From positions 1 to 56,253 of the IMG/VR virus record IMGVR_UViG_3300025154_000119: a stretch of DNA of 56,253 nt; one strand, written 5' to 3'. Positions within the stretch are counted from its first letter, which is position 1, and every line of letters starts with the position of its first letter. This document shows positions 17,763 through 26,919 of this stretch, piece by piece. This DNA is from a virus (taxonomy: Duplodnaviria > Caudoviricetes). The notes under the pieces were generated by a model. The model was not told the origin of the DNA. It ran no database searches and worked only from the letters and a program-made list of their open reading frames with translations. Made by a program: the position numbers and the translations under genes.

Positions 17763-18458
17763 ATGCCGACGATCACCGCACAAAATATCATCCAGCGGGT
17801 TTTGATTACCCTGCATGAGGATTTGACATCTCCGGTACGATGGGACAAAGACCGGCTTTTGCTGGCCCTAAACGATGCCCAGCGGCAAATTGTCAAATTT
17901 AAGCCAGAATCCTATGCTGTTACGGCTTCAGTGGCGACTGTGGCCGGAAGCAAGCAATCAATCCCGGCCGCTGGTATTCAGCTGATTGACATCATCCGGA
18001 ATATGGGGGCATCACCCGGGACAACCCCGGGGAAGGTCATCCGGAGATGCACCAGGGCGGAGTTGGACGAAGAAAGGCCCGACTGGCACACCGAAAGCCC
18101 CAGCGCGGTTGCCAGGAACTTCGTTTTTGACCCTCGAAACCCGAAAACTTATTACCTTTGGCCGTCTCAGCCGTCATCTGGAATGGGGTATGTAGAAATG
18201 ACATATGCCGCATCTCCGGCGGATGTAACAGTTTCTGACTGGACGTCAGGGTCAAACGTCATCACCCTGGATGATATCTACAACGTCGATATCTACCATT
18301 GGATTCTTTATGTCGCCTACTCCAAGGATGCAACGCACTCATCCAATGCAGCACGGGCAGCGGCTTATTACCAGATGTTTTTGCAAGGGCTTGGGTTGAT
18401 GGATCAGGCGGAAACCAATATGGCCTTGCCGCCCACTCCAACGACCATGAAATCATAG
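17763..18458 (+). CDS. Head-tail adaptor I (DUF6682-like)
   Basis: VRWDKDRLLLALNDAQRQIV...P; AYSKDA...RAAAYYQMF. Confidence 0.75.
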   Translation: MPTITAQNIIQRVLITLHEDLTSPVRWDKDRLLLALNDAQRQIVKFKPESYAVTASVATVAGSKQSIPAAGIQLIDIIRNMGASPGTTPGKVIRRCTRAELDEERPDWHTESPSAVARNFVFDPRNPKTYYLWPSQPSSGMGYVEMTYAASPADVTVSDWTSGSNVITLDDIYNVDIYHWILYVAYSKDATHSSNAARAAAYYQMFLQGLGLMDQAETNMALPPTPTTMKS

Positions 18459-18467
18459 GAGCGCAGA

Positions 18468-19022
18468 ATGTACTATTCTGAAATGGTAGATTCGGTTCAG
18501 CCAGGAATAAGCGCTCCCGCATTCGTGGTTGAAGGGAAAATTCAGGATGCCGTTATCCAGTTTTGCGAAGAAACGGGGATCTGGGTAACGGACCTGGACG
18601 CAATCAATACCGTTGCCGATGAAGACACTTATGACCTCGAATCTTTTGACGGTGTCATCAACAGCGTTTTATCCATCAAGGATGAAAACGATTACGAGCT
18701 TGGGTTCAGCGTGGCTGATGATTTTTCAGCCTTCGTTCTTGATTCAACCCCATCGTCAGTGTTTGCGATCACGCCCAAAGTCGTGCTGATACCGGAGGTC
18801 GGCGGCGGGGAGTTTCCCGACTTTATTTATGCTCGTCACCGGGAGGCGCTCATTGCCGGCGCCAGATACAAACTGTTTGAAATGCCAAACAGAACATGGA
18901 GCCATGACGGTGAAGCGGCGAAGTCGTTGCTGAAGTTCAGAAAAGGAATTACCCGGGCGAACCAGACGTTGCTTCTGGGCAGAAAAAAAGAGTCGTTCGT
19001 CAAAATGATCCCATTTGTATAA
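18468..19022 (+). CDS. Head-tail adaptor II
   Basis: AVIQFCEETGIW; EALIAGARYKLFEMPNRTWS. Confidence 0.7.
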   Translation: MYYSEMVDSVQPGISAPAFVVEGKIQDAVIQFCEETGIWVTDLDAINTVADEDTYDLESFDGVINSVLSIKDENDYELGFSVADDFSAFVLDSTPSSVFAITPKVVLIPEVGGGEFPDFIYARHREALIAGARYKLFEMPNRTWSHDGEAAKSLLKFRKGITRANQTLLLGRKKESFVKMIPFV

Positions 19023-19035
19023 GGGGAACTTGTTC

Positions 19036-20712
19036 ATGAAGCTTGCTCAAGCTGTTTTTGCCGGCATGGCCCCCAGGGTCGAGCCGCATTTGCTCGAAGA
19101 GTCCCAGGGCCAAGACGCCACCAATTGCAAGCTGGTTTCCGGGGCGCTCCAAGCGCTCTACGACTCCATAGTTGCCAGCTCTCCAAGCGGCTCGTCTCTG
19201 GTGGACCTGTATAATTTCGACGGCACATGGCTTACCTTTACGGCGAAAACCAATATCGCCAGGGCGCCGGTCTACAACACAGACAACCGGTTCTATTACA
19301 CGGTTTCCGGGTCAGCGCCTCGAAAAGCGCTCAAAGCCTCATACCCGACCAGTTTCAAAATGGGAGTGCCAAAGCCAGCTTCTATTCCGACTATCACGCT
19401 CTATACTGACCCTGGCGGCATCGGTGAAAACCTTCAGGATGAGGTGTCATACGTTTTTTGCTGGGTAACAGGATGGGGCGAGCAGGGGCCACCGAGCGAC
19501 CCGAGTGCCATCACTGAAATCATGGATAATCAATATGTCGGGATAACCGCCGGCATCACATTGCCGACAAACCATGACACCGATTACAATATCGTCGGGT
19601 ACCGCCTGTTCCGGCTGAGTCATGGGTTAACCGGATCAGAATATTTGCAGGTCTACACGGCGGAATGGACGGACAGTTCGACAACCGGCGGGCATATCCC
19701 GATATCAGATTTGACCCCAACCGATAGGGACGGATCGAATTATGCCCTGATAGATGGGACTAACCTGGGGGGCGCGCTCTCTTCAAACGGGTACCAGGAA
19801 CCACCTGCCACCATGGACGGTCTCATTTTACTGTCAAACGGGGTTTGCGCTGGGTTTTATGGAAACGAAATCGCCCTTTCAGAACCGTTTTTGCCGTTTG
19901 CCTGGAACCCGGATTATGCCCTTGCCGCTGATTATCCCATAACGGCACTGGCATCCTACGACACCGCCATTGTGGTGCTGACAAACGCATACCCCTATAT
20001 TATCGACTGCTATGACCCGGCAAACGCCACCATGAAGCGCATTAACGTGCCCTATCCGTGCGCCTCCCTGGATAGCGTTATAAGCGGCAATGGGTTTGTG
20101 GCTTACGCCTCAACGGTGGGCTTTATCCGGATCAGCGCTAACGGTGTTGAAAACCTAACCGAAGCTCTTTTTACTGACGAGCAGTGGACGGCCCTTGTCC
20201 CTTCCACAATGATTTGCAGATTTTACGATGATCGGTTTTATTTTTTCACATCGGCTGCAAAGACGGGATTTATAATCGATTTATCGTCTCAAATTGGGGC
20301 CTATATCCCGTTTACGATGACTAACAAGACGTATGGGGCTACGGTTTCGGTTAATCCCCACGGGCTTTATCTCCTGACAAAAACAGATGCGGGCGTATTC
20401 AAGATCGAGAAATGGGAGGGAGCGACAAGCAGAAAAGCGGCTACTTATACCAGCAGATTGATGAAGCTCCAAGCCCCCATCAACTTCCAATGCGCGCGGG
20501 TTCAGGGAACCCAAAGCTCCATCAACACCGTCACGTTCCAGCTTTATGGTGACGGGGCCTTGATCCACACCAAAACAGTTTCCGATGATGATTCGTTCTG
20601 GCTCCCCGGGGGGAAGCTTTACCAGGATATTGAGGTAAAACTTGCTACCGGCGTAGCAAAAGTGACGTCGTGGGAGTTGTCAACCTCCGTTGAAGAGTTG
20701 ATAGGAGGATAG
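19036..20712 (+). CDS. Tail nozzle / DNA stabilisation protein
   Basis: FAGMAPRVEPHLL; SEPFLPFAW; VAYASTVG repeats of beta-propeller type; position after adaptors. Confidence 0.75.
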   Translation: MKLAQAVFAGMAPRVEPHLLEESQGQDATNCKLVSGALQALYDSIVASSPSGSSLVDLYNFDGTWLTFTAKTNIARAPVYNTDNRFYYTVSGSAPRKALKASYPTSFKMGVPKPASIPTITLYTDPGGIGENLQDEVSYVFCWVTGWGEQGPPSDPSAITEIMDNQYVGITAGITLPTNHDTDYNIVGYRLFRLSHGLTGSEYLQVYTAEWTDSSTTGGHIPISDLTPTDRDGSNYALIDGTNLGGALSSNGYQEPPATMDGLILLSNGVCAGFYGNEIALSEPFLPFAWNPDYALAADYPITALASYDTAIVVLTNAYPYIIDCYDPANATMKRINVPYPCASLDSVISGNGFVAYASTVGFIRISANGVENLTEALFTDEQWTALVPSTMICRFYDDRFYFFTSAAKTGFIIDLSSQIGAYIPFTMTNKTYGATVSVNPHGLYLLTKTDAGVFKIEKWEGATSRKAATYTSRLMKLQAPINFQCARVQGTQSSINTVTFQLYGDGALIHTKTVSDDDSFWLPGGKLYQDIEVKLATGVAKVTSWELSTSVEELIGG

Positions 20713-20713
20713 T

Positions 20714-23700
20714 ATGGCCCGGTCTGCAACAATGCCCGTTATCCCGGACGTACCTGCCGGCATCGATGCGGCCTTAACCGCATTTTTAAAACCGATCAAG
20801 GTAACAATCGATACCCGTGAGGGCAGAATTGCAAGCTCAGGGGATCAGCTTGTCACCTTCAATATTCTTTCCGATCTTGGCATTGACGTCAACTCCAGGT
20901 ACCAAATACCATCGACACCCCCAACATCCCGAATTACCGGGGATTCGATACCGCCCGGCATCCCGACAGATTTTACGGTCCTTCCGGTCGGCATCAATTC
21001 ACATCGACTTCAATGGACAAACCCCAGCGATAAAGACCTTTGGGCGGTAGAGGTATGGTACAGCAACACCAACGATATAACGACTTCAGCGCTCCTTGCG
21101 GTAGTTACCATACCAGATGCCCAGCGGGGCCAGCAAAGCGCCTACACTCATTCGGGGATTGATTCGACCCTTGGTTACCATTATTGGCTAAGGTCAAAGG
21201 ATTGGTCTGGGAACCTTTCTAATTTCGCAGCTGTTGGTACCGTTGTTGCCGCGGATAATCCTTCGCTTGGGGATCTGATTGCAGACCTGACCGGTATTAT
21301 CGACTACGCTCAATTGTCATTAGATTTGCAGGGCGACATTGACCTTGCCGCCGGTCTGGATGGGAAGTTGGTCCTTTCCAACAACGTCGATGGCCATGTT
21401 TCCGGCGTGGTGCTGGTAAACGATGGGACAACCTCAGATTTCACGATTGTTTGTGATAAATTCAAGATCGTCAACAACTCCGACCCGGGGAACATCACGG
21501 TTCCTTTTGTGGTGGGGACCATTGACGGGACTTCAGCCGTTGGGATTAGCGGGGCGCTTCTGGTTGATGGGTCAATTTTAGCAAGATCGATAGCGGCCGG
21601 CAGTATAACGGCGGATAGGATAGCGGTTGGCACCCTCACGCCGTATGAAATGGCCCCCGGCACTGTCCCCATCTGGCAAGGTACTTATTCGGCGGCCACG
21701 GTTTACGAAAAGGGCGACGCTGTTTTTTACAACGGATCGTCATTCACCTATATCAACGACACCCCTGGGGCTGGGCATACTCCGGCAGATGATTCGTATT
21801 GGGATTTTTACGCGCAGGCTGGTACATCTGGATCGTCTGGATATAACGCAGCAACTCTTGTGGCCTACCTCCGAAGCGCCACAACACCAGGGACCACCCC
21901 GGGAGCGCTGACCTATACTTTTTCAACGGCAGATTGGACACCGGGCAACTCCTGGTCAAAGACAGTTCCTTCCGGCACCGATCCGGTATGGGCGGTCGCA
22001 GTTACGGCCTACTCAAACACCGATACTAATAGCATTCTTTCAACAGATTGGAGCGCTCCGGTTCAGGTTTTTGCTAACGGCGAAACGGGAGCAAGCGGCC
22101 TGAATGTTGCGACGGCATATCTTTATCAAAGGACAGCTTCCAGCACGGCGCCAACGGCGATGCCAACGGCGGCTTTAACCTTCACATTCGCAACGGGTGC
22201 CATCACTGGTACCCCTGGCAACAGCTGGACCGCGGCGATACCGGCGCTTGATGCCTCAAAGCCGTATTTGTGGGTGACTACGGCGACCGCAAGCAATACG
22301 GCAGCTACTGATTCGATTGCCGTCGGAGAGTGGGCGGCATCGAGGTTATTGTCGCAGGACGGATCGGCGGGTACAGCAGCAAGAAGCGTTTCCTTGACGG
22401 CAAACGACCAGGCTACAATATACGACGTGGAAGGCGAGCGGGACACGCCATTTTACACCTATGTTTACGCAGAAGCTTATAATACTTCCGGTACGGTCTA
22501 TTATGAATTCGTCCTTGAGGGGACAACTGTTCAAAATACCACGGCGTCATCCTATACGTACTATCCCCCCGATACATTCGCAGAAATGCCTCAAAAGATC
22601 GAGGTGAACATCAGAGAGGGTGCGAGTTCCGGAACGATACTTGCGAGCGATAGCATGACCTTTTTTGGCGTTAGGGCCGGTGCAAGTGCCATCACCGTCG
22701 GGAACTCGAACGCGGCGCATGTGCTGCCGGCAAGTTCTGAGGGTACCGTTTCTTCTTATGCCGGGTCGGGGACCATATTGTCTGTTTGGGAAGGGGCGAC
22801 ACAGTTATCCTATTCTACCAGTGGGAATTCGACGTGGAATGTTGTCTCAGCCGTTGGCAGTTCCATTACAGTCGGCACCCCAAGCACCGTAGGCCAAACG
22901 AGGGTTTACGGCAACCACAGCGCTATGACGGCGGATCTTGCGACGGTCACGTATACCATAGCTGTTAGAAACGCGGGGGGGGCAACTCAAACATTCACGG
23001 TGCTCCAATCGTTCAGCAAATCAAAAGCGGGCGTTGATGGCGCGGACGGAGCTGATGGGGCTGAAGGTGCGCCTGGTCCCGGAGTCGTTTATCGGGGTGC
23101 GTTTGCGGCAGGCACTTATTATTACACAGCAAAGCGAAGAGATATTGTATCGTATTCAGGGTCTTATTATCTTTATAATGTCCCAACCTCTGATAGCGGT
23201 GCTTCTGAATCTTCCTGGAGCGCCGGTGACTGGACCGCCTTCGGTGCGACATTTTCAAGCGTTGCCACTGACATTTTGCTGGCGGTTGACGCAACGATTT
23301 TGAAGTATTTGACCATCGGCAGCACAGGGGGACTTAGGTCTACTGGAAAAGATTCTTATGCTGACACGACGGCAGGGTACTGGCTTGGTTATGATAGTTC
23401 AGCCTACAAGTTAAATATTGGGAACTCAACAGATTACATAAAATGGACTGGATCAGCGCTTTCAATTGCCTCATCTTCAGCAGCAGCCATAACCATCAGC
23501 GGGGCGGGCGGAATAACGCTTAACTCTGGCGGAGGGGTCACCGTAAATTCTGGTGGTAACATTAAGTTAGTTGGGGCATCGTATGACCCCGGAATGATAG
23601 TCTTATATGGGTCTTCTTACAGCACAGAATTTTATACAATTCTAAATGGGGCAAGCATTCACATTAGGCCAACTATAGCGTCAGCGGTAACATTATATTT

Positions 23701-24322
23701 TGGTGATCCAAGTACTGATAGACGTTACTCTGCCATAGTATCTTACGCCAATACGTTTTCTATTGTTGCGTATACAACGTGTAATATAGATTGTCCTGAT
23801 TTTGACCTCGATGCCTCAGATGATATTTTTATTGATGCCGGCGACAATATAAGCATTACCGCAGCAGACCTTTTAACCCTTACGGCAGATGACATTATCT
23901 GCACAGGCCAGCTTCGTCCTGAAGCAGCAAACACGCGGGATTGTGGAACAGCAACCTATTACTGGCGGGGTGTTTGCTCTGATGATTATTACTATAAAAC
24001 TACAGGAACCTTAATCCCCTTTGATCATCTTGACGACCTTGCAATTATAGACTCAGCAAAACCGAAGATTAATGAGGTAACCGGGAAAGAAGCTCTTGAT
24101 GTGTCTGGCTTTCCGGATGATTTTTTTATGAAGGATGATGCCGGCAATGTAAATCGAGAGTGGATGTGTAATAAAAACGTTTCAACTCTTTTAATAGGTG
24201 CTGTTAAGCAGGCAAATAAAGTTATTACCGAAGACGTCATAGAACAATTCAACGCAATGATAGAAGACCACCAGCAACGCATTGCCAAACTGGAAGCGCA
24301 AATAAATAAGGAGACAGTGTAA
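20714..24322 (+). CDS. Long tail fibre/host-specificity protein
   Basis: FN3-like domain, DUF1983-like segment (VDGHVSG...DKFKIV), two WQGTY/YRGAF modules, a duplicated domain, collagen-like GADGADGAEGAPGPG, C-terminal S74-like coiled coil. Confidence 0.85.
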   Translation: MARSATMPVIPDVPAGIDAALTAFLKPIKVTIDTREGRIASSGDQLVTFNILSDLGIDVNSRYQIPSTPPTSRITGDSIPPGIPTDFTVLPVGINSHRLQWTNPSDKDLWAVEVWYSNTNDITTSALLAVVTIPDAQRGQQSAYTHSGIDSTLGYHYWLRSKDWSGNLSNFAAVGTVVAADNPSLGDLIADLTGIIDYAQLSLDLQGDIDLAAGLDGKLVLSNNVDGHVSGVVLVNDGTTSDFTIVCDKFKIVNNSDPGNITVPFVVGTIDGTSAVGISGALLVDGSILARSIAAGSITADRIAVGTLTPYEMAPGTVPIWQGTYSAATVYEKGDAVFYNGSSFTYINDTPGAGHTPADDSYWDFYAQAGTSGSSGYNAATLVAYLRSATTPGTTPGALTYTFSTADWTPGNSWSKTVPSGTDPVWAVAVTAYSNTDTNSILSTDWSAPVQVFANGETGASGLNVATAYLYQRTASSTAPTAMPTAALTFTFATGAITGTPGNSWTAAIPALDASKPYLWVTTATASNTAATDSIAVGEWAASRLLSQDGSAGTAARSVSLTANDQATIYDVEGERDTPFYTYVYAEAYNTSGTVYYEFVLEGTTVQNTTASSYTYYPPDTFAEMPQKIEVNIREGASSGTILASDSMTFFGVRAGASAITVGNSNAAHVLPASSEGTVSSYAGSGTILSVWEGATQLSYSTSGNSTWNVVSAVGSSITVGTPSTVGQTRVYGNHSAMTADLATVTYTIAVRNAGGATQTFTVLQSFSKSKAGVDGADGADGAEGAPGPGVVYRGAFAAGTYYYTAKRRDIVSYSGSYYLYNVPTSDSGASESSWSAGDWTAFGATFSSVATDILLAVDATILKYLTIGSTGGLRSTGKDSYADTTAGYWLGYDSSAYKLNIGNSTDYIKWTGSALSIASSSAAAITISGAGGITLNSGGGVTVNSGGNIKLVGASYDPGMIVLYGSSYSTEFYTILNGASIHIRPTIASAVTLYFGDPSTDRRYSAIVSYANTFSIVAYTTCNIDCPDFDLDASDDIFIDAGDNISITAADLLTLTADDIICTGQLRPEAANTRDCGTATYYWRGVCSDDYYYKTTGTLIPFDHLDDLAIIDSAKPKINEVTGKEALDVSGFPDDFFMKDDAGNVNREWMCNKNVSTLLIGAVKQANKVITEDVIEQFNAMIEDHQQRIAKLEAQINKETV

Positions 24323-24478
24323 ATGGATCAGCAAATCCCAATGCAAAAATTCAAAGAATGGATCGCCGAACTGTATCTTGAAAAAAAGGCCATGGAGATG
24401 GTCATCCAGTCGCAGGCGGAAGAAATTGCGGCGATGAAGTCCGCCTCAGAACAAAAGAAGGTCGAGTCCAATGTGTGA
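24323..24478 (+). CDS. 51-aa coiled-coil protein (possible fibre assembly factor)
   Basis: AAGGAG RBS; MDQQIPMQKFKEWIAELYLEKKAMEMVIQSQAEEI...; abuts fibre stop. Confidence 0.6.
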   Translation: MDQQIPMQKFKEWIAELYLEKKAMEMVIQSQAEEIAAMKSASEQKKVESNV

Positions 24479-25025
24479 CTGCCAGCCGCCGAACTATATC
24501 CTACTCCCCTACGTTCAGACCGAAGATGGTAAGTGGAGTCTTTCCGATGATCAGGTCATGGCGTTGCATGATAGGATTATCCAGTGTGGTTATGGTGAAA
24601 TCTTTTGTGATGGCACGCTCGATACTCGTGAAAAATTTCTTTCATCCATGCAACAACAAAGCAAGCTCTTTATTTTTTTTGCTGGGGGTTTAATCCCAGG
24701 GGTTTTTTGGCTGAATCGATTTGAAGGAAAAATGGCACGGATTCATTATTGCGGGTTTAAGGTCGGAGAATATCGAGATAAAATCAGATTCGCTAAAAAC
24801 GCCATGAAAATGATCCTGCACATGCAAAAGACTGACGGGACATTCTTGCTTGATGTTTTGGTGGGCTATACCCCTGCGAGCCTAAAGAGGGCTGTTCGAT
24901 TCATTGGGGATGTTGGAGGTATTAAGGTGGGCAAAATACCATTTTTGTCGTGGAACGGAAAAACGGGGAAAAGCGAAGAGGGTATAATTTCATATTTGAC
25001 GAGGGAAGCATATGAAAATTTATAA
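24471..25025 (+). CDS. GNAT-fold virion assembly protein (P22 gp14/T7 gp13-like position)
   Basis: GVFWLN...ARIHY...LVGYTPASLKRAVRFIGDVG; precedes ejection genes. Confidence 0.6.
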   Translation: MCDCQPPNYILLPYVQTEDGKWSLSDDQVMALHDRIIQCGYGEIFCDGTLDTREKFLSSMQQQSKLFIFFAGGLIPGVFWLNRFEGKMARIHYCGFKVGEYRDKIRFAKNAMKMILHMQKTDGTFLLDVLVGYTPASLKRAVRFIGDVGGIKVGKIPFLSWNGKTGKSEEGIISYLTREAYENL

Positions 25026-26181
25026 TGAGATCAAGATGAATATCGATTCTTGGGAGGTCCTCCAGGAAGATTCCTCCGAATATTGCGGTCCGGTGACGCT
25101 TTGCAAAAGTGGTGGCTCAACAACAACAGTTGACCCAGCGTATAACTCCATTCTTGGGTCGATCGCTCAAGATAACCAAAAATGGGCAGACCTGTTTATG
25201 AGCCAGTATTTTTATGCCGACGCATCTGGGGACCCGAATGAAAAGTTGACGGGATTCTATAAAGATGACGGCAGTTTTGTTGATATGACAAAATTTCAAA
25301 ACGTCGAATGGGTCGCCGAGGGAAGGTCCTCACGTGGGCGATCAGTGGACGGAGAAGACCTAGGGATTTATTTAGACCCGAAAATGAACGTCAAGGGAAA
25401 CCCCGACCTTGAAGGTATGAAGTGGAGTACCAAGTTAAAGCGGTTCGAGTTCGCGGATGGAACACCAGTTTCTTACACAACCGTTTTGCGAAAAGACACG
25501 CCCGGGTATGAAGAATCAACCCACACTTCCGGCGCTGAATATGCCCAGAACTCGATTGATGCCCAACAATCCCTGTTGGCCGGGGAGACCTCCGCTTCAG
25601 CTTCAGAGACGGCGTTAAAGGGAGCAACTGCCGATGCTGCACTGTCGCTAATCCCGGCCCAAACAGATGCCGCGCTTACAACGGCGCTTCTGACGACTGC
25701 GACAAACGATATGAATAGGGCAAACGTTGACCAGCAAGGGCGAACCAATCTTTCCGGGCTTTTGTTAGAGCAGGAAACCAACGATATGAACCGGTCACTC
25801 GTTGATCCAACGCAACGGGCGGCGCTATCCGGCCTTGAGCTTCAGCGGGAAACAAATGATATGAACCGATCGTTCATCCCCCTAAAGACCGAAGTCGGGA
25901 AAGCTTTTTATGATGCGGCCCTAACCGGTGTCGATCCAAACCAACGTGCCAACCAGGCCCAAGTTGACGCCACCCTGGCGTTTCAAAACGCTGGCAAGGA
26001 TATGCGGCAGCAAGCTGCGCTTGCCGGCGTGAACCCGAATTCCGGCAGGTTTGCCGGCGCTTTGGCAAACAACTCCTTGGACCAGGCCAAGGCTATCGGT
26101 GGGGCGAGAACCGCAGCCAGAACGAATGCGGAAACTGAGAATTTTAGCAGGCTCACGACAGCCATGGGAGGGGCTCAATAA
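25012..26181 (+). CDS. Ejection (DNA pilot) protein 1
   Basis: Leader ending LCKSGGST; A/Q/N-rich helical body; GVNPNSGRF motif. Confidence 0.7.
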   Translation: MKIYNEIKMNIDSWEVLQEDSSEYCGPVTLCKSGGSTTTVDPAYNSILGSIAQDNQKWADLFMSQYFYADASGDPNEKLTGFYKDDGSFVDMTKFQNVEWVAEGRSSRGRSVDGEDLGIYLDPKMNVKGNPDLEGMKWSTKLKRFEFADGTPVSYTTVLRKDTPGYEESTHTSGAEYAQNSIDAQQSLLAGETSASASETALKGATADAALSLIPAQTDAALTTALLTTATNDMNRANVDQQGRTNLSGLLLEQETNDMNRSLVDPTQRAALSGLELQRETNDMNRSFIPLKTEVGKAFYDAALTGVDPNQRANQAQVDATLAFQNAGKDMRQQAALAGVNPNSGRFAGALANNSLDQAKAIGGARTAARTNAETENFSRLTTAMGGAQ

Positions 26182-26906
26182 TGCCTTACTCTTTTCAGCA
26201 AATACAGCCGGATGTTTTTTTCAATAACGCCACAGCGCTTCAGGGCCAAGCTACTGGAGCCGCCTCAAGCATGAACCGGATGAAAGAAAAAAAGGTTGAT
26301 ACCCACACGGCAGGCGGAGCGATCAGTTCTATGGCTGGGACAGCTTTGGTGGGCGGCCAGATAGGGAAGATGTTTGTTGGAGAAAAAGCGGCTGAAAGCG
26401 CCACCAGCGCAGGAATAAAAGCAGCCCAAATGCCAGGTGGGATGATGGTTGGGGACGCGGCTTTTATGGGGTCCGGTGGGGGTGCTCTTAGCGGTGCAGC
26501 CGGTGGGGCTTCAGCTATAGAGGGCGGGATGATGGTTGGGGACGCGGCCATGATGGGCTCTGGGGCTGCTGCTGCAGGGGGCGCGGCCGGAGGTGCGGCC
26601 GGTGGGACCGCAGCTATAGAGGGCGGAATGATGGTTGGAGACGCGGCCCTGATGGGTTCTGGTGCTGCTGCGGCAGGGGGCGCGGCCGGAGGCGCGGCCG
26701 GTGGGACCGCAGCTGTTGAGGGCGGAATGATGGTTGGCAATGCAGCTCTTATGAGTTCTGGAACCGCTGCCGGAGGTGGGGCGCTCGGAGCGGCCGGAAC
26801 AGGAGCGGCGGCCGGCGGTGAAGCGACATCATGGAGTGGGCCATGGGCAGCCGTTGGGGCGGCGGTAGGGGCGGCTGTTGGCTTACTCACTTACTATCTG
26901 GCTTAG
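26181..26906 (+). CDS. Gly/Ala-rich ejection protein 2
   Basis: Four GGMMVG(D/N)AA repeats; C-terminal glycine zipper GPWAAVGAAVGAAVGLL. Confidence 0.7.
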   Translation: MPYSFQQIQPDVFFNNATALQGQATGAASSMNRMKEKKVDTHTAGGAISSMAGTALVGGQIGKMFVGEKAAESATSAGIKAAQMPGGMMVGDAAFMGSGGGALSGAAGGASAIEGGMMVGDAAMMGSGAAAAGGAAGGAAGGTAAIEGGMMVGDAALMGSGAAAAGGAAGGAAGGTAAVEGGMMVGNAALMSSGTAAGGGALGAAGTGAAAGGEATSWSGPWAAVGAAVGAAVGLLTYYLA

Positions 26907-26919
26907 CAGGGGTGACATT

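Noticed and set aside
26240-26890. 216-aa Pro/Ala-rich reverse-strand ORF
   Set aside because: Mirror of the Gly/Ala codons of ejection protein 2.
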